Origin: Gammaproteobacteria bacterium
GTDB lineage: Bacteria; Pseudomonadota; Gammaproteobacteria; Ga0077536
Direction of reading: 5' to 3'
Assembly: GCA_024235015.1 (NCBI GenBank)
Contig: JACKNG010000001.1
Span: 450,905-514,904, forward strand
Length of the DNA: 64,000 nucleotides
Below the pieces are notes generated by a model. That model had not been told where the DNA came from. It saw nothing but the letters and a program-made list of their open reading frames with translations, and did not search any database. Numbering within the stretch: position 1 is the stretch's first letter; each line of letters opens with the position of its first letter. Below are positions 1 through 8,439 of this stretch, piece by piece. The translations under genes and the position numbers were made by a program.

Positions 1-341
1 ACCAGTACCGGCACCACGAATCCGCCCGCCGCGCCGATCGCCGGCAACACGATCTGGCTGGGCTCGGCGAGGTCGCCCTCGAGCACCTCGCGCTTCAACT
101 CGAGACCGATGAGGAAGAAGAACACCGCCATCAGGCCGTCGTTGATCCACAGCAGCAGCGGCTTGTCGACGCCCTTCCCGTCGACCAGTACCGCGAAGTG
201 GGTTTCCAGCAGGTGTTCGTAGTAAGGCGCCAGCGGCGTGTTGCTGATGACGAGCGCGGCCAGTGCTGCCAGCATCAGCGCGATGCCGGGCGCGGACTCG
301 TGGCCGAACAGCCTGCGCAACGCCGAGGTGAGGGTGTCCAT
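1..341 (-). CDS. nhaA: Na+/H+ antiporter NhaA, N-terminal part (runs off window start)
   Basis: Manual translation from ATG at 341: MDTLTSALRRLFGHESAPGIALMLAA...LLLWINDGLMAVFFFLIGLELKREVLEG, containing the NhaA WINDGLMAxFF and GLExKRE motifs. Not in the ORF track because it is truncated. Confidence 0.93.
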   Translation of the reverse strand, partial: MDTLTSALRRLFGHESAPGIALMLAALAALVISNTPLAPYYEHLLETHFAVLVDGKGVDKPLLLWINDGLMAVFFFLIGLELKREVLEGDLAEPSQIVLPAIGAAGGFVVPVL

Positions 342-393
342 GGCCGTCGAGCCTGAACGTTCGGACCGTCGCCGACAAGTCCCGGGCCGCGCC

Positions 394-420
394 TGTCACG
401 CGCCGCGGGCGCTGCGCGTC
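394..420 (+). promoter_or_regulatory. ECF41-type promoter, TGTCACG-N16-CGTC
   Basis: TGTCACG at 394-400, 16-nt spacer, CGTC at 417-420, 29 nt before the sigma start codon. Matches the published ECF41 consensus TGTCACA-N16-CGTC with one mismatch. Confidence 0.72.
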
Positions 421-449
421 TTCACCCCGTGTAGCCCGGGATCCCGATC

Positions 450-1358
450 ATGACAGCCACTACCGACGTCTTCGAAGCCCAGCGCGCCTTCCTCTTCGGC
501 ATCGCCTACCGCATGCTCGGCAGCGTCAGCGACGCCGAGGACGTGGTGCAGGACGCCTGGCTGCGCTGGCAGGGCGACAGGCCGGCCGATCTCGCCCAGC
601 CACGCGCCTGGCTCGCGCGCGTCGTCACCCACCTCAGCATCGACCTGCTGCGCCGCCGCCGGCGCGAGCGGGTGGACTACACCGGCCCCTGGCTGCCCGA
701 GCCGCTGCTCGAGCCCGCCGCCGACGACGGCGCCGATGCCGCCGACCACGCGGCGCTGGCCGAGACCTTGTCGATTGGCCTGCTCGCCCTGCTCGAGGCA
801 CTCCCGCCGACCGAGCGCGCCACGTTCGTGCTGCGCGAGGCCTTCGGCATGGACTACGAAGCCATCGGCGCGATCCTCGAGGCGCAACCGACGACCTGCC
901 GCCAGTGGTTTCGTCGTGGACGCGCGCGCCTCGCGGCGCGCGATCACGACGCCGCCGCGGGCCGCGCCGGGCGTGCCCTGCTCGACCGCTTCCTCGCCGC
1001 CCTGGCCAGCGGGGATGCCACGCGGGTTGCCGCGCTGCTCGGCGAAGACGTCGAACTGGTCAGCGACGGTGGCGGCAAGGCCGCGGCGGCCAGCCGTCCG
1101 CTGCATGGCCGCCGCGCGGTGTCGCGCTTCCTCGCCGGCCTCGCCGCGCGTGCCGACGCCGCGGTGCGGGTGGCACCGGCGCGGCTCAACGGCGCCTGGG
1201 GTTGCCTGGTCTACCGCGGCGCCATGCTCGAAACGGCGGTTGTCCTGAGCGGCGCTGCCGACGCCGTGCGCGGCATCTACCTGGTGCGCAATCCCGACAA
1301 GCTCGCCCGCCTGCACGCCGCCGCCCGCTCAGCGGCGCAGTCCACCCAACACCCATAG
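450..1358 (+). CDS. ECF41/SigJ-family RNA polymerase sigma-70 factor with C-terminal SnoaL-like extension
   Basis: AYRMLGSVSDAEDVVQDAW region 2, WLPEP linker motif and C-terminal RNPDKL motif are ECF41 hallmarks. Confidence 0.93.
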   Translation: MTATTDVFEAQRAFLFGIAYRMLGSVSDAEDVVQDAWLRWQGDRPADLAQPRAWLARVVTHLSIDLLRRRRRERVDYTGPWLPEPLLEPAADDGADAADHAALAETLSIGLLALLEALPPTERATFVLREAFGMDYEAIGAILEAQPTTCRQWFRRGRARLAARDHDAAAGRAGRALLDRFLAALASGDATRVAALLGEDVELVSDGGGKAAAASRPLHGRRAVSRFLAGLAARADAAVRVAPARLNGAWGCLVYRGAMLETAVVLSGAADAVRGIYLVRNPDKLARLHAAARSAAQSTQHP

Positions 1359-1712
1359 CCCCCACAGCAGGCCGCCGGCGAGCACGCTGGTACCGGCCAG
1401 GCGCAAGGGCGACGGCGGCCCGGCGCCCGCCTCGAGAACGAAGGCGAGCCCGACGAGCAGGAAGCCGAGGGCGCAGGTCTGCAACGGCAGGCGCAGGCCG
1501 GCCAGCGCACGGGCCACGCACAGGCCGGCCACGGTCGCGCCGCCGAGCAGCGCCCAGCCGGTGGCAAAGATCGCGAGCGGCAGGCGTACGGGACCCCACA
1601 CGCCGATCGCGACCAGGCCAACCAGGGCGACCGCGGCCGCGGCGAGGGCTACAGCACCGACCAGGCGTTCGACGCGCCCGGGCGGCTGCCAGCCTGGGCG
1701 GGGCGTTGCCAC
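1329..1712 (-). CDS. Small hypothetical membrane protein (about 4 hydrophobic segments)
   Basis: Hydrophobic C-terminal part of track ORF 1329..2087. GTG at 1712 with GAGGT RBS upstream, immediately after the srkA stop. Confidence 0.6.
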   Translation of the reverse strand: MATPRPGWQPPGRVERLVGAVALAAAAVALVGLVAIGVWGPVRLPLAIFATGWALLGGATVAGLCVARALAGLRLPLQTCALGFLLVGLAFVLEAGAGPPSPLRLAGTSVLAGGLLWGLWVLGGLRR

Positions 1713-1723
1713 CCGTGCCGACC

Positions 1724-2713
1724 TCAATCGCCGCCCGGCAGGTCGAAGGGTTCGGCCAGCGCACCGAGCTGTTCGCGCAGCTCGAGCACGTGGCGCTCCC
1801 AGTAGGCCTGGGTGTTGAACCAGGGGAAGGCGTGGGGGAAGGCCGGGTCGTCCCAGCGCCGTGCCAGCCACGCCGCGTAGTGCAGCATGCGCAGGGTGCG
1901 CAGCGGCTCGACCAGGGCCAGCTCGCGGTAATCGAAATCGGCGAACTCCTGGTAACCGTCGAGCACCGCATCGAGCTGGGCGCGCTGTTCTTCCGGGCTG
2001 CCCGAGAGCAGCATCCACAGGTCCTGCACCGCCGGCGCCATGCGCGCGTCGTCGAAATCGACGAAGTGCGGGGCGTCGTCGCGCCACAGCACGTTGCCGG
2101 CGTGGCAGTCGCCGTGCACGCGGCGCAGGCGCACCTCGGCACGGGCCTCGAACGCGCGTTCGAGATGGGCGAGCAGGTCGCGCGTGATGCTGTCGTAGGC
2201 CGGCACGAGGTCGGCCGGGATCCAGCCGTCCTGCAGGAAGGCGATGCTGGCGTGGGCGAAGTCCGCCACCGTGATGGCGCCACGCGCCTGGAACGGCCGC
2301 CCGCCGCCGACGGTATGCAGGCGGGCCAGGCAGCGGCCCATGGTGCGCAGGTTGTCGGCACGGTCGAGGTCCGGCGCGCGACCGCCGCGGCGCGGGTACA
2401 ACGCGATGTGGAAACCCTCGAAATGGCGCAGCGTGCCGCCGTCGCGCTCGGCCAGCGGCGCCACCACCGGCAGGCCCTGCGCGGCCAGTTCGGCGACGAA
2501 ATCGTGTTCCTCGTGCAACGCCGCCTCGCTCCAGCGCCCCGGACGGTAGAACTTCGCCACCAGCGGCTCGGCATCCTCGATGCCGACCTGGTAGACGCGG
2601 TTCTCGTAGCTGTTCAGGGCCAGCAGGCGGCCGTCACAGCGGACCCCGCCGGCCTCGATCGCGGCGAGGATGAAATCCGGCGTCAGGCGTTCGAAGGGAT
2701 GGGAGTCGGACAC
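1724..2713 (-). CDS. srkA: Stress-response Ser/Thr kinase SrkA/RdoA (YihE)
   Basis: LALNSYENRVYQVG, KFYRPGRWS, HGDCHAGN and DFDD motifs. Start taken at GTG (VSDSHPFERLTP). Confidence 0.93.
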   Translation of the reverse strand: MSDSHPFERLTPDFILAAIEAGGVRCDGRLLALNSYENRVYQVGIEDAEPLVAKFYRPGRWSEAALHEEHDFVAELAAQGLPVVAPLAERDGGTLRHFEGFHIALYPRRGGRAPDLDRADNLRTMGRCLARLHTVGGGRPFQARGAITVADFAHASIAFLQDGWIPADLVPAYDSITRDLLAHLERAFEARAEVRLRRVHGDCHAGNVLWRDDAPHFVDFDDARMAPAVQDLWMLLSGSPEEQRAQLDAVLDGYQEFADFDYRELALVEPLRTLRMLHYAAWLARRWDDPAFPHAFPWFNTQAYWERHVLELREQLGALAEPFDLPGGD

Positions 2714-2860
2714 CTCAGGCAGCTCTCGACGCGTGGCGGGACCGTCCGTGGGCCTTGTTGCGCCTGGCCCGGCCATGCTCATGCCTCGCGAGCAGGCGCT
2801 GTGCGTCGCGCGCGGCGCCTGCCATGCCCCGGGCCTGCTCGCGCACGGTTCGGCGTCCCC

Positions 2861-3712
2861 TCAGTCGCGCAGGCGACGCGCGAGTGCGGCGACCTGGTCG
2901 AGCACCGGCAGGACCTCGTCGCGCGGCGCCGAGGGCAGGCCGAAGATGAGATGCGAGTAGCCGGCCGCGACCTGCTCGCGGACCGTCGCTTCGTCCAGCG
3001 GCGGGTAGAACAGGGCCAGGGTGATGTCCTCGGCCTTGCGCCCGCGTTTCGCGCAGGCTTCGCGCAACTGTTCCACCGAGGCGCCGCCGGCGCGACCGCC
3101 GACCGGGATCCAGCCGTCGGCGTACTCGGCGACGCGGTCGGCGACGTACTTCGAGTTGGCGCCGATCCAGATCGGCGGGCCGCCCGGCTGGACCGGCTTC
3201 GGGTACGACCACATCGGCGCGAAGTCGACGTACTCGCCGTGGAATTCCGGTTCGTCCTCGCTCCAGATGGTCTTCATGGCCAGGATGCGTTCGCGCACGA
3301 CCTTCCAGCGTTGTTCGAACTCGACCCCATGGTTCTCGATCTCGGGCTTGTTCCAGCCTGCGCCGATGCCGAAGATGAAGCGCCCGTTGGACAACCGGTC
3401 GACCGTCGCCACCTCCTTGGCGAGAGTGATGGGATGGCGCTGCGAGACCAGGCAGATCCCGGTGCCGAGACGGATGCGCTCGGTGACCGCGGCGCAGGCG
3501 CCGAGCACGACGAAGGGATCGTAGGTGCGCAGGTAGGGCGGTGGCACCTTGCCGTCGGGAAAGAACGGCGAATGGGTGTCGAGCGGTATGTGGGTGTGCT
3601 CGGGCACGAACAGGGAGTCGAGCCCGCGCGTCTCGACCTCGCGCGCGAGTTCGACCGGCTGCATGGACTGGTCGGTGGCGAAGATCATCACGCCGCAGGC
3701 GGGAGAGGTCAT
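2861..3712 (-). CDS. Luciferase-like (LLM) oxidoreductase, probable F420-dependent Rv2161c-type
   Basis: FVPEHTHIP, DPFVVL, LAKEVATVDRLSNGRFIFGIGAGWN, SYPKPVQ. Start MTSPACGVMIF at 3712. Confidence 0.88.
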   Translation of the reverse strand: MTSPACGVMIFATDQSMQPVELAREVETRGLDSLFVPEHTHIPLDTHSPFFPDGKVPPPYLRTYDPFVVLGACAAVTERIRLGTGICLVSQRHPITLAKEVATVDRLSNGRFIFGIGAGWNKPEIENHGVEFEQRWKVVRERILAMKTIWSEDEPEFHGEYVDFAPMWSYPKPVQPGGPPIWIGANSKYVADRVAEYADGWIPVGGRAGGASVEQLREACAKRGRKAEDITLALFYPPLDEATVREQVAAGYSHLIFGLPSAPRDEVLPVLDQVAALARRLRD

Positions 3713-3752
3713 GACAGGCTCCTGGTGGAATGGGGGCGGCAGCAGGCCGGGC

Positions 3753-3813
3753 AATTGGTGACAGTATACTTTCGGCGCCCCGGTGAGGCGCCGAAAGTAT
3801 ACTGTCACCAATT
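3753..3813. repeat. REP/REPIN-like inverted repeat, family 1 copy 1
   Basis: Perfect 27-bp arms AATTGGTGACAGTATACTTTCGGCGCC / GGCGCCGAAAGTATACTGTCACCAATT around a 7-nt loop, between divergent genes. Confidence 0.92.
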
Positions 3814-3850
3814 CGCTCGTTCCCCCGTCCGACCACGCCCGGAGTCCGCC

Positions 3851-5032
3851 ATGCAACGCAACGTCAATGTCCTCGGTGTCGGCATGACACCGTTCAAAAC
3901 GCCCAAGCACGCCGATCCCTACGACGTCATGGGCATCGCCGCCGGGCGCCTCGCCTTCGACGATGCCGGCATCGGCTACGACTGCGTCGAGCAGGCCTAC
4001 GTCGGCTACGTCTACGGCGATTCCACCGCCGGCCAGCGCGTGGTCTACGAGCTCGGCATGACCGGCATCCCGGTGTTCAACGTCAACAACAACTGTGCGA
4101 CCGGCTCTTCGGCCCTCTACCTCGCGCGCCAGGCGGTCGAGTCCGGCGCGGTCGAATGCGCGCTTGCGCTCGGCTTCGAGCAGATGAGCCCGGGCGCGCT
4201 GGGGGTGGTCTTCCCCGACCGCCCCGCCCCGCTCGGCAGGTTCGTCGAACGCGCCCTGGCCAAGTACGGCGACAGCCAGGTGCCGATGGCACCGCTGCTG
4301 TTCGGCGGCGCCGGGCGCGAGTACATGGAGAAATACGGCACCAAGCCGGAAACCTTCGGCCGTATCACCGTCAAGGCCCGCCAACACGCCGCGCACAACC
4401 CGAACGCCGTGTTCCGCGACCCGCTGAGCCTGGAGGAAGTCATGGCCAGCGCCTCGATCTGCGATCCGGTGACCCGTTTCCAATGCTGCCCACCGACCTG
4501 CGGCGCGGCCGCCGCGGTGCTGTGCTCGGACGACTTCGCCCGCCGTCACGGCCTCAAGCCCCGGGTCCGTATCGCCGCCCAGGCCATGACCACCGACACC
4601 GCCTCGACCTTCGGCGACAGCCTCATGGCGACGGTCGGTTACGACATGTCGAAAGCCGCGGCGCAAAAGGTCTACGAGGCCGCCGGCATCGGTCCCGAGG
4701 ACGTCAAGGTGGTCGAGCTGCACGACTGCTTCTCGACCAACGAGGTGCTCAACTACGAGGCGCTGGGCCTGACCGCCGAAGGCACGGCCGAGCGCATGAT
4801 CGAGGACGGCGACAACACCTACGGCGGCAAGTACGTGGTCAACCCGTCCGGCGGCCTCATCTCCAAGGGCCATCCGCTCGGCGCCACCGGGCTCGCGCAG
4901 TGCGCCGAACTCAACTGGCACCTGCGCGACGAGGCCGGGCCACGCCAGGTCGAGGGCGCCAAGGTCGCGCTGCAGCACAACATCGGCCTCGGCGGCTGCT
5001 GCGTCGTGACGCTCTACGAACGCCTCGGCTGA
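3851..5032 (+). CDS. SCP2-type thiolase (lipid-transfer protein)
   Basis: NVNNNCATGSSA, QCCPPTCGAAA, VELHDCFSTNE, KGHPLGATG and ALQHNIGLGG motifs. GGAG RBS before ATG 3851. Confidence 0.93.
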   Translation: MQRNVNVLGVGMTPFKTPKHADPYDVMGIAAGRLAFDDAGIGYDCVEQAYVGYVYGDSTAGQRVVYELGMTGIPVFNVNNNCATGSSALYLARQAVESGAVECALALGFEQMSPGALGVVFPDRPAPLGRFVERALAKYGDSQVPMAPLLFGGAGREYMEKYGTKPETFGRITVKARQHAAHNPNAVFRDPLSLEEVMASASICDPVTRFQCCPPTCGAAAAVLCSDDFARRHGLKPRVRIAAQAMTTDTASTFGDSLMATVGYDMSKAAAQKVYEAAGIGPEDVKVVELHDCFSTNEVLNYEALGLTAEGTAERMIEDGDNTYGGKYVVNPSGGLISKGHPLGATGLAQCAELNWHLRDEAGPRQVEGAKVALQHNIGLGGCCVVTLYERLG

Positions 5033-5054
5033 AGCCACGCCAGGCAGCCCGCGC

Positions 5055-5930
5055 GTGGCCCATCCCACCCTCACCGTCATCGGCCTCGGCCGCATGGGCA
5101 GCGCGCTGGCCGGCTGCTTCGCCGCCGCCGGCGTGCCGCTGACGGTGTGGAACCGCAGCCCCGCGCGCGCCTTCGCCTTCGACGGCCGCGCCGCCATCGG
5201 CCTGAACGCCGCCGCGGCCTGCGCCGCCAGCGACGTCATCGTGCTGTGCCTGTCTGATTACAGCGCCGGGCTCGAAGTCATGGACGAGGTCGCCGCACAC
5301 ACCGAACTGGCCGGCAAGCTGCTCGTGCAGTTCACCAGCGGCTCGCCCTCGGACGCCCGCACCATGGCGGCCTGGGCGCACATGCACGGGCTGGCCTACC
5401 TCGATGCCGCCATCCTCGCCTATCCCGCCGGCGTCGGCAGCGAGGGCGCGATCGTGTTCTACGCCGGCGACGAAGCGCCGTGGGAGCGCCATGCCGACAC
5501 CCTGCGCCTGCCGGGCGGCCTCACCCGCTACCTCGGCGAGGCGGTCGGTGCCGCCGCCGCGCTCGACTGCGCGGCGCTGGGCTATTACTACGGCGCGACC
5601 CTGGCGATGCTGCACGGCGCCGCGTTGTGCGAATCCGAGAGCCTGCCACTGACCGAGTACTTCTTCATCGCCAAGCGCCTCGCGCCGCTGCTCGCCGGCA
5701 CCGCCGACAATGCGCGCGAGATGATTGCGCGCGAGATCTACGCCGGCAACGAGTGCGCCAACGAGGTGCATACCGCGGCCATGCGCCACGTTCAGCGCAT
5801 GAGCCATGACAACGAGGTCGAGCCGCGCCTGGCCGATACCGTCATGGCGGCGTTCCGCAAGGCGCTGGCAGCAGGCCACGGCGAAGACGAGATCGCGGCC
5901 CTGTTCGAGGTCCTGCGCCGGCCGCGCTGA
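5055..5930 (+). CDS. NAD(P)-dependent oxidoreductase, imine-reductase/beta-hydroxyacid dehydrogenase family
   Basis: IGLGRMG Rossmann motif, VWNRSPAR, YLDAAILAYP, AAAALDCAAL. Confidence 0.82.
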   Translation: MAHPTLTVIGLGRMGSALAGCFAAAGVPLTVWNRSPARAFAFDGRAAIGLNAAAACAASDVIVLCLSDYSAGLEVMDEVAAHTELAGKLLVQFTSGSPSDARTMAAWAHMHGLAYLDAAILAYPAGVGSEGAIVFYAGDEAPWERHADTLRLPGGLTRYLGEAVGAAAALDCAALGYYYGATLAMLHGAALCESESLPLTEYFFIAKRLAPLLAGTADNAREMIAREIYAGNECANEVHTAAMRHVQRMSHDNEVEPRLADTVMAAFRKALAAGHGEDEIAALFEVLRRPR

Positions 5931-5936
5931 CGGCCC

Positions 5937-6269
5937 TCAGCCCGACGCGGCGAAAAAGGTATAGCTGCGCTCGACCCGCGCCACGCGCACGGCGTAGGCG
6001 TCGTACCACTGGGCGCGGCCGCGTTGCTGGGCGGCACGATGCTCGACGTGGCGTTTCCAGCCCAGGATCGCGTCCTCGTCGCGCCAGTAGCTGACGACCA
6101 CCTCGCCGCTCTCGTCGTGGGCCGACTCGACACCGAGGAAACCCGGCATGTCGGCCACCAGTTCGAGCATGCGGCCTATGGTGGTCTCGTAATCGGTCTG
6201 GTCGGCGCTGGCGCGGGCGCTGAAGATGACCGCGTAATACGGCGCTTCCAGGCCTTCAAGGATCTGCAT
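5937..6269 (-). CDS. Antibiotic biosynthesis monooxygenase (ABM) family protein
   Basis: PYYAVIF, PGFLGVES, VSYWRDE, WKRHVEHRAAQQRGR..WY. Start MQILEG at 6269. Confidence 0.87.
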   Translation of the reverse strand: MQILEGLEAPYYAVIFSARASADQTDYETTIGRMLELVADMPGFLGVESAHDESGEVVVSYWRDEDAILGWKRHVEHRAAQQRGRAQWYDAYAVRVARVERSYTFFAASG

Positions 6270-6372
6270 CGACGTCCCCTCCCCGCAAGTGGCAGGCGGC
6301 CAGCATAGCGCCGGCGAGGCGCCAGGGGATCGGCCAACTGCCGGCCACCGTCGCAAGCACCGTGGCACGCGT

Positions 6373-6520
6373 TCGCGGCCCAGGTATCCCGGAGGCGGCG
6401 TTCCGGGCGCCGCGAGAGCACCCGGCGTGGCGTGGTGTCGCCGGGCGCGGATCCGAGCGGTGGCGGCACCGGCGTGCAGGCCGAAAGGCCGGCCGAAAGG
6501 CGTTGCCCACCGCCCCCCGT
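6373..6520 (+). other. Putative structured RNA leader (multi-hairpin with tandem GAAA tetraloops)
   Basis: Stems TCGCGGC/GCCGCGA enclosing CCCGGA/TCCGGG; CCCGGCG/CGCCGGG; GCGGTGG/CCACCGC enclosing GGCC-GAAA-GGCC and GCC-GAAA-GGC. Lies in a 300-nt intergenic region. Confidence 0.3.
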
Positions 6521-6575
6521 GTCCACCGCCGCAGTGCCCACCGGCCTGTTAGACTGCGCGCCGGAGGTATCGCCC

Positions 6576-7373
6576 ATGTCCCAGCCGTTCCGCATCGCCG
6601 TCATCCTGCTCGCCCTCCTCGGCGCGCTGCCCGCGGCCGCCCAGCAGTCCGCCGTGGACGTGTGGGAGACCCTGCTGCGGCCGCACCATTTCCCGGACAC
6701 CGAGATCATCGAGGACAGCACGGTCATCGAGTTGAGCACGCCCTACCGCTCCGAGGATGCCGCCTTCACCCCGCTGCGCATCACGGCCAAGATCCCGCAG
6801 ACGCCGGCGCGCTACATCGAGTCCATCCACCTCTTCGTCGACCACAATCCCGAACCCGAGGTCGGCACCTTCCATTTCACGCCGGCCGCCGGCCGCGCCG
6901 ACCTCGCGCTGCGCATCCGCATCGATCGCTACACTGACGTGCGCGCCATCGCCGTGCTGAACAACGGCGAGCACCACATGGTCAAGAGCTTCGTCAAGGC
7001 GCAGGGCGGCTGCGCCATCCCGGTCGCCATCGACTACAAGCAGGCCATGGCCGGGCTCGGCAAGATCCAGTTGCACACCCTTACCGACAAGGTCGAGGAT
7101 GGCGCCGGCCTGCCGACCCAGCTGCGCATCCGCCACCCCAATTTCACCGGCATGCAGATGGACTACAAGATCTACGCCGTGCGCCCGGCGCACTACGTGA
7201 ACTCGATCCGCGTGCTGCTGAACGGCGAGGCCATCATGACCGCGGAGACCGGCATCTCGATCAGCGAGGACCCGAGCTTCCGCTTCTTCGTCAATCCCGA
7301 CGCCAAGGGCACCCTGACCGCCGAGATCACCGACACCAAGGGCAACAGCTGGGAAGAATCCCTGACCCTCTAG
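6576..7373 (+). CDS. Fused SoxY/SoxZ-like carrier (quinoprotein dehydrogenase-associated type), secreted
   Basis: Signal peptide; SoxY-like half (VDHNPEP..LRIRIDRYTDVRAIA..KAQGGC) fused to SoxZ-like half (IRHPNFTGMQMD..ISISEDPSFRF). GGAGG RBS. Confidence 0.88.
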   Translation: MSQPFRIAVILLALLGALPAAAQQSAVDVWETLLRPHHFPDTEIIEDSTVIELSTPYRSEDAAFTPLRITAKIPQTPARYIESIHLFVDHNPEPEVGTFHFTPAAGRADLALRIRIDRYTDVRAIAVLNNGEHHMVKSFVKAQGGCAIPVAIDYKQAMAGLGKIQLHTLTDKVEDGAGLPTQLRIRHPNFTGMQMDYKIYAVRPAHYVNSIRVLLNGEAIMTAETGISISEDPSFRFFVNPDAKGTLTAEITDTKGNSWEESLTL

Positions 7374-8350
7374 GCGTCGCGGCGCAGCAGCGCGGCGGCA
7401 CCCGCCAGGCAGGCCGCGGCCTCGGCCACGATACGCACGACGAGGTCGGCCGCCGGCGGACAATCGCCGACGAGGTCGGCCGCCTCGCCGACGATGACCG
7501 CGGCGCGCTCGGTATCGGCGGTGGCGACGGCCCTGGCGTAGTCGATACGTGCACTGTCGATGTCCCGTTCGAAGGCGGCCGGGTCGGCCGCGTACTCGCG
7601 CGTGACGGCGTTGGCGAGCGTGCGCAGGGCGTAACCCGGCGGCCAGTCCCAGCCGCGCAGTCGATCGAAGGCGGGGCTGCGCACGCTGTCGTCGCCGCTG
7701 GCCGCCACCGCCACGGCGCGCAGGGCGGGCGCGGCGAGCGATTCGGCACAGGCATAGAAGCGGCTGCCGAGCATGCCGCCGGCGGCGCCGAGCATCAGTG
7801 CCGCGGCCAGGCCGCGACCGTCGGCAATCCCCCCCGCCGCCACCACCGGCAACGGCGCCACGGCGTCGACCACCGCCGGCACCAGCGGCAGGGTGGCGCG
7901 CTGGCCGGCGTGCCCGCCGGCCTCGCTGCCCTGGGCGACGACGACGTCGGCACCGGCGTCGCGTGCTGCGCGCGCCTGCGCCACGCTCTGCACCTGCACG
8001 ACAAGGCGGGCGCCGGCGGCCCGGATCGCGGGGGCGAACGGCGCCGCCTCGCCAAACGACAGCAGCACGGCGCGCACCCCGTGCGCGAGGGCGAGATCGA
8101 GCACCGTCGGCCGCGCGGCGAGACGCCAGCCGATGAAACCGATGCCGACCGGTACGTCACCGGCGGCGGCGAGTTCGGCGCCGATCCATTCCGGGTCGCA
8201 ATAGCCGCCACCGATGAAGCCGAGCCCGCCGGCGCGGCTGACCGCCGTGGCGAGACGGCCGCCGGCGACGCCGGCCATGGGTGCCGACAGCAGCGGATGG
8301 ACGATGCCGAGGGTGGCGGCGAGCGGGCTGTGCAGGAGGCTGGAGGACAT
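7370..8350 (-). CDS. Nitronate monooxygenase family flavin oxidoreductase
   Basis: APMAGV, VAQGSEAGGH, VVAAGGIADGRGLAAALMLGA, LGSRF. Confidence 0.88.
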   Translation of the reverse strand: MSSSLLHSPLAATLGIVHPLLSAPMAGVAGGRLATAVSRAGGLGFIGGGYCDPEWIGAELAAAGDVPVGIGFIGWRLAARPTVLDLALAHGVRAVLLSFGEAAPFAPAIRAAGARLVVQVQSVAQARAARDAGADVVVAQGSEAGGHAGQRATLPLVPAVVDAVAPLPVVAAGGIADGRGLAAALMLGAAGGMLGSRFYACAESLAAPALRAVAVAASGDDSVRSPAFDRLRGWDWPPGYALRTLANAVTREYAADPAAFERDIDSARIDYARAVATADTERAAVIVGEAADLVGDCPPAADLVVRIVAEAAACLAGAAALLRRDA

Positions 8351-8439
8351 CCGCGGATTGTCCCTCCACGCCCGGCAACGGGGAAGTCGCGCCCCGACCT
8401 GGGCTACACTCGCCGCCCGCCCGTCAGCACCCAACGCCC

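Noticed and set aside
3753-3813. Repeat copy 1 as a dedicated operator of the divergent LLM/thiolase promoters
   Set aside because: The same arms occur twice between convergent gene ends where an operator makes little sense, so it is treated as a dispersed repeat.
905-5032. 1375-aa ORF and similar very long track ORFs (2861..5239, 17199..20264, 27512..29938, 57693..60479)
   Set aside because: These are stop-poor GC-rich frames. Only the C-terminal portions with family motifs and an RBS are real genes; the extensions are antisense shadows of other genes.
6576-7373. Thiosulfate-oxidising Sox pathway
   Set aside because: There is no soxA/B/C/D/X here, and the fused architecture with an internal GGC matches the non-Sox carrier family.
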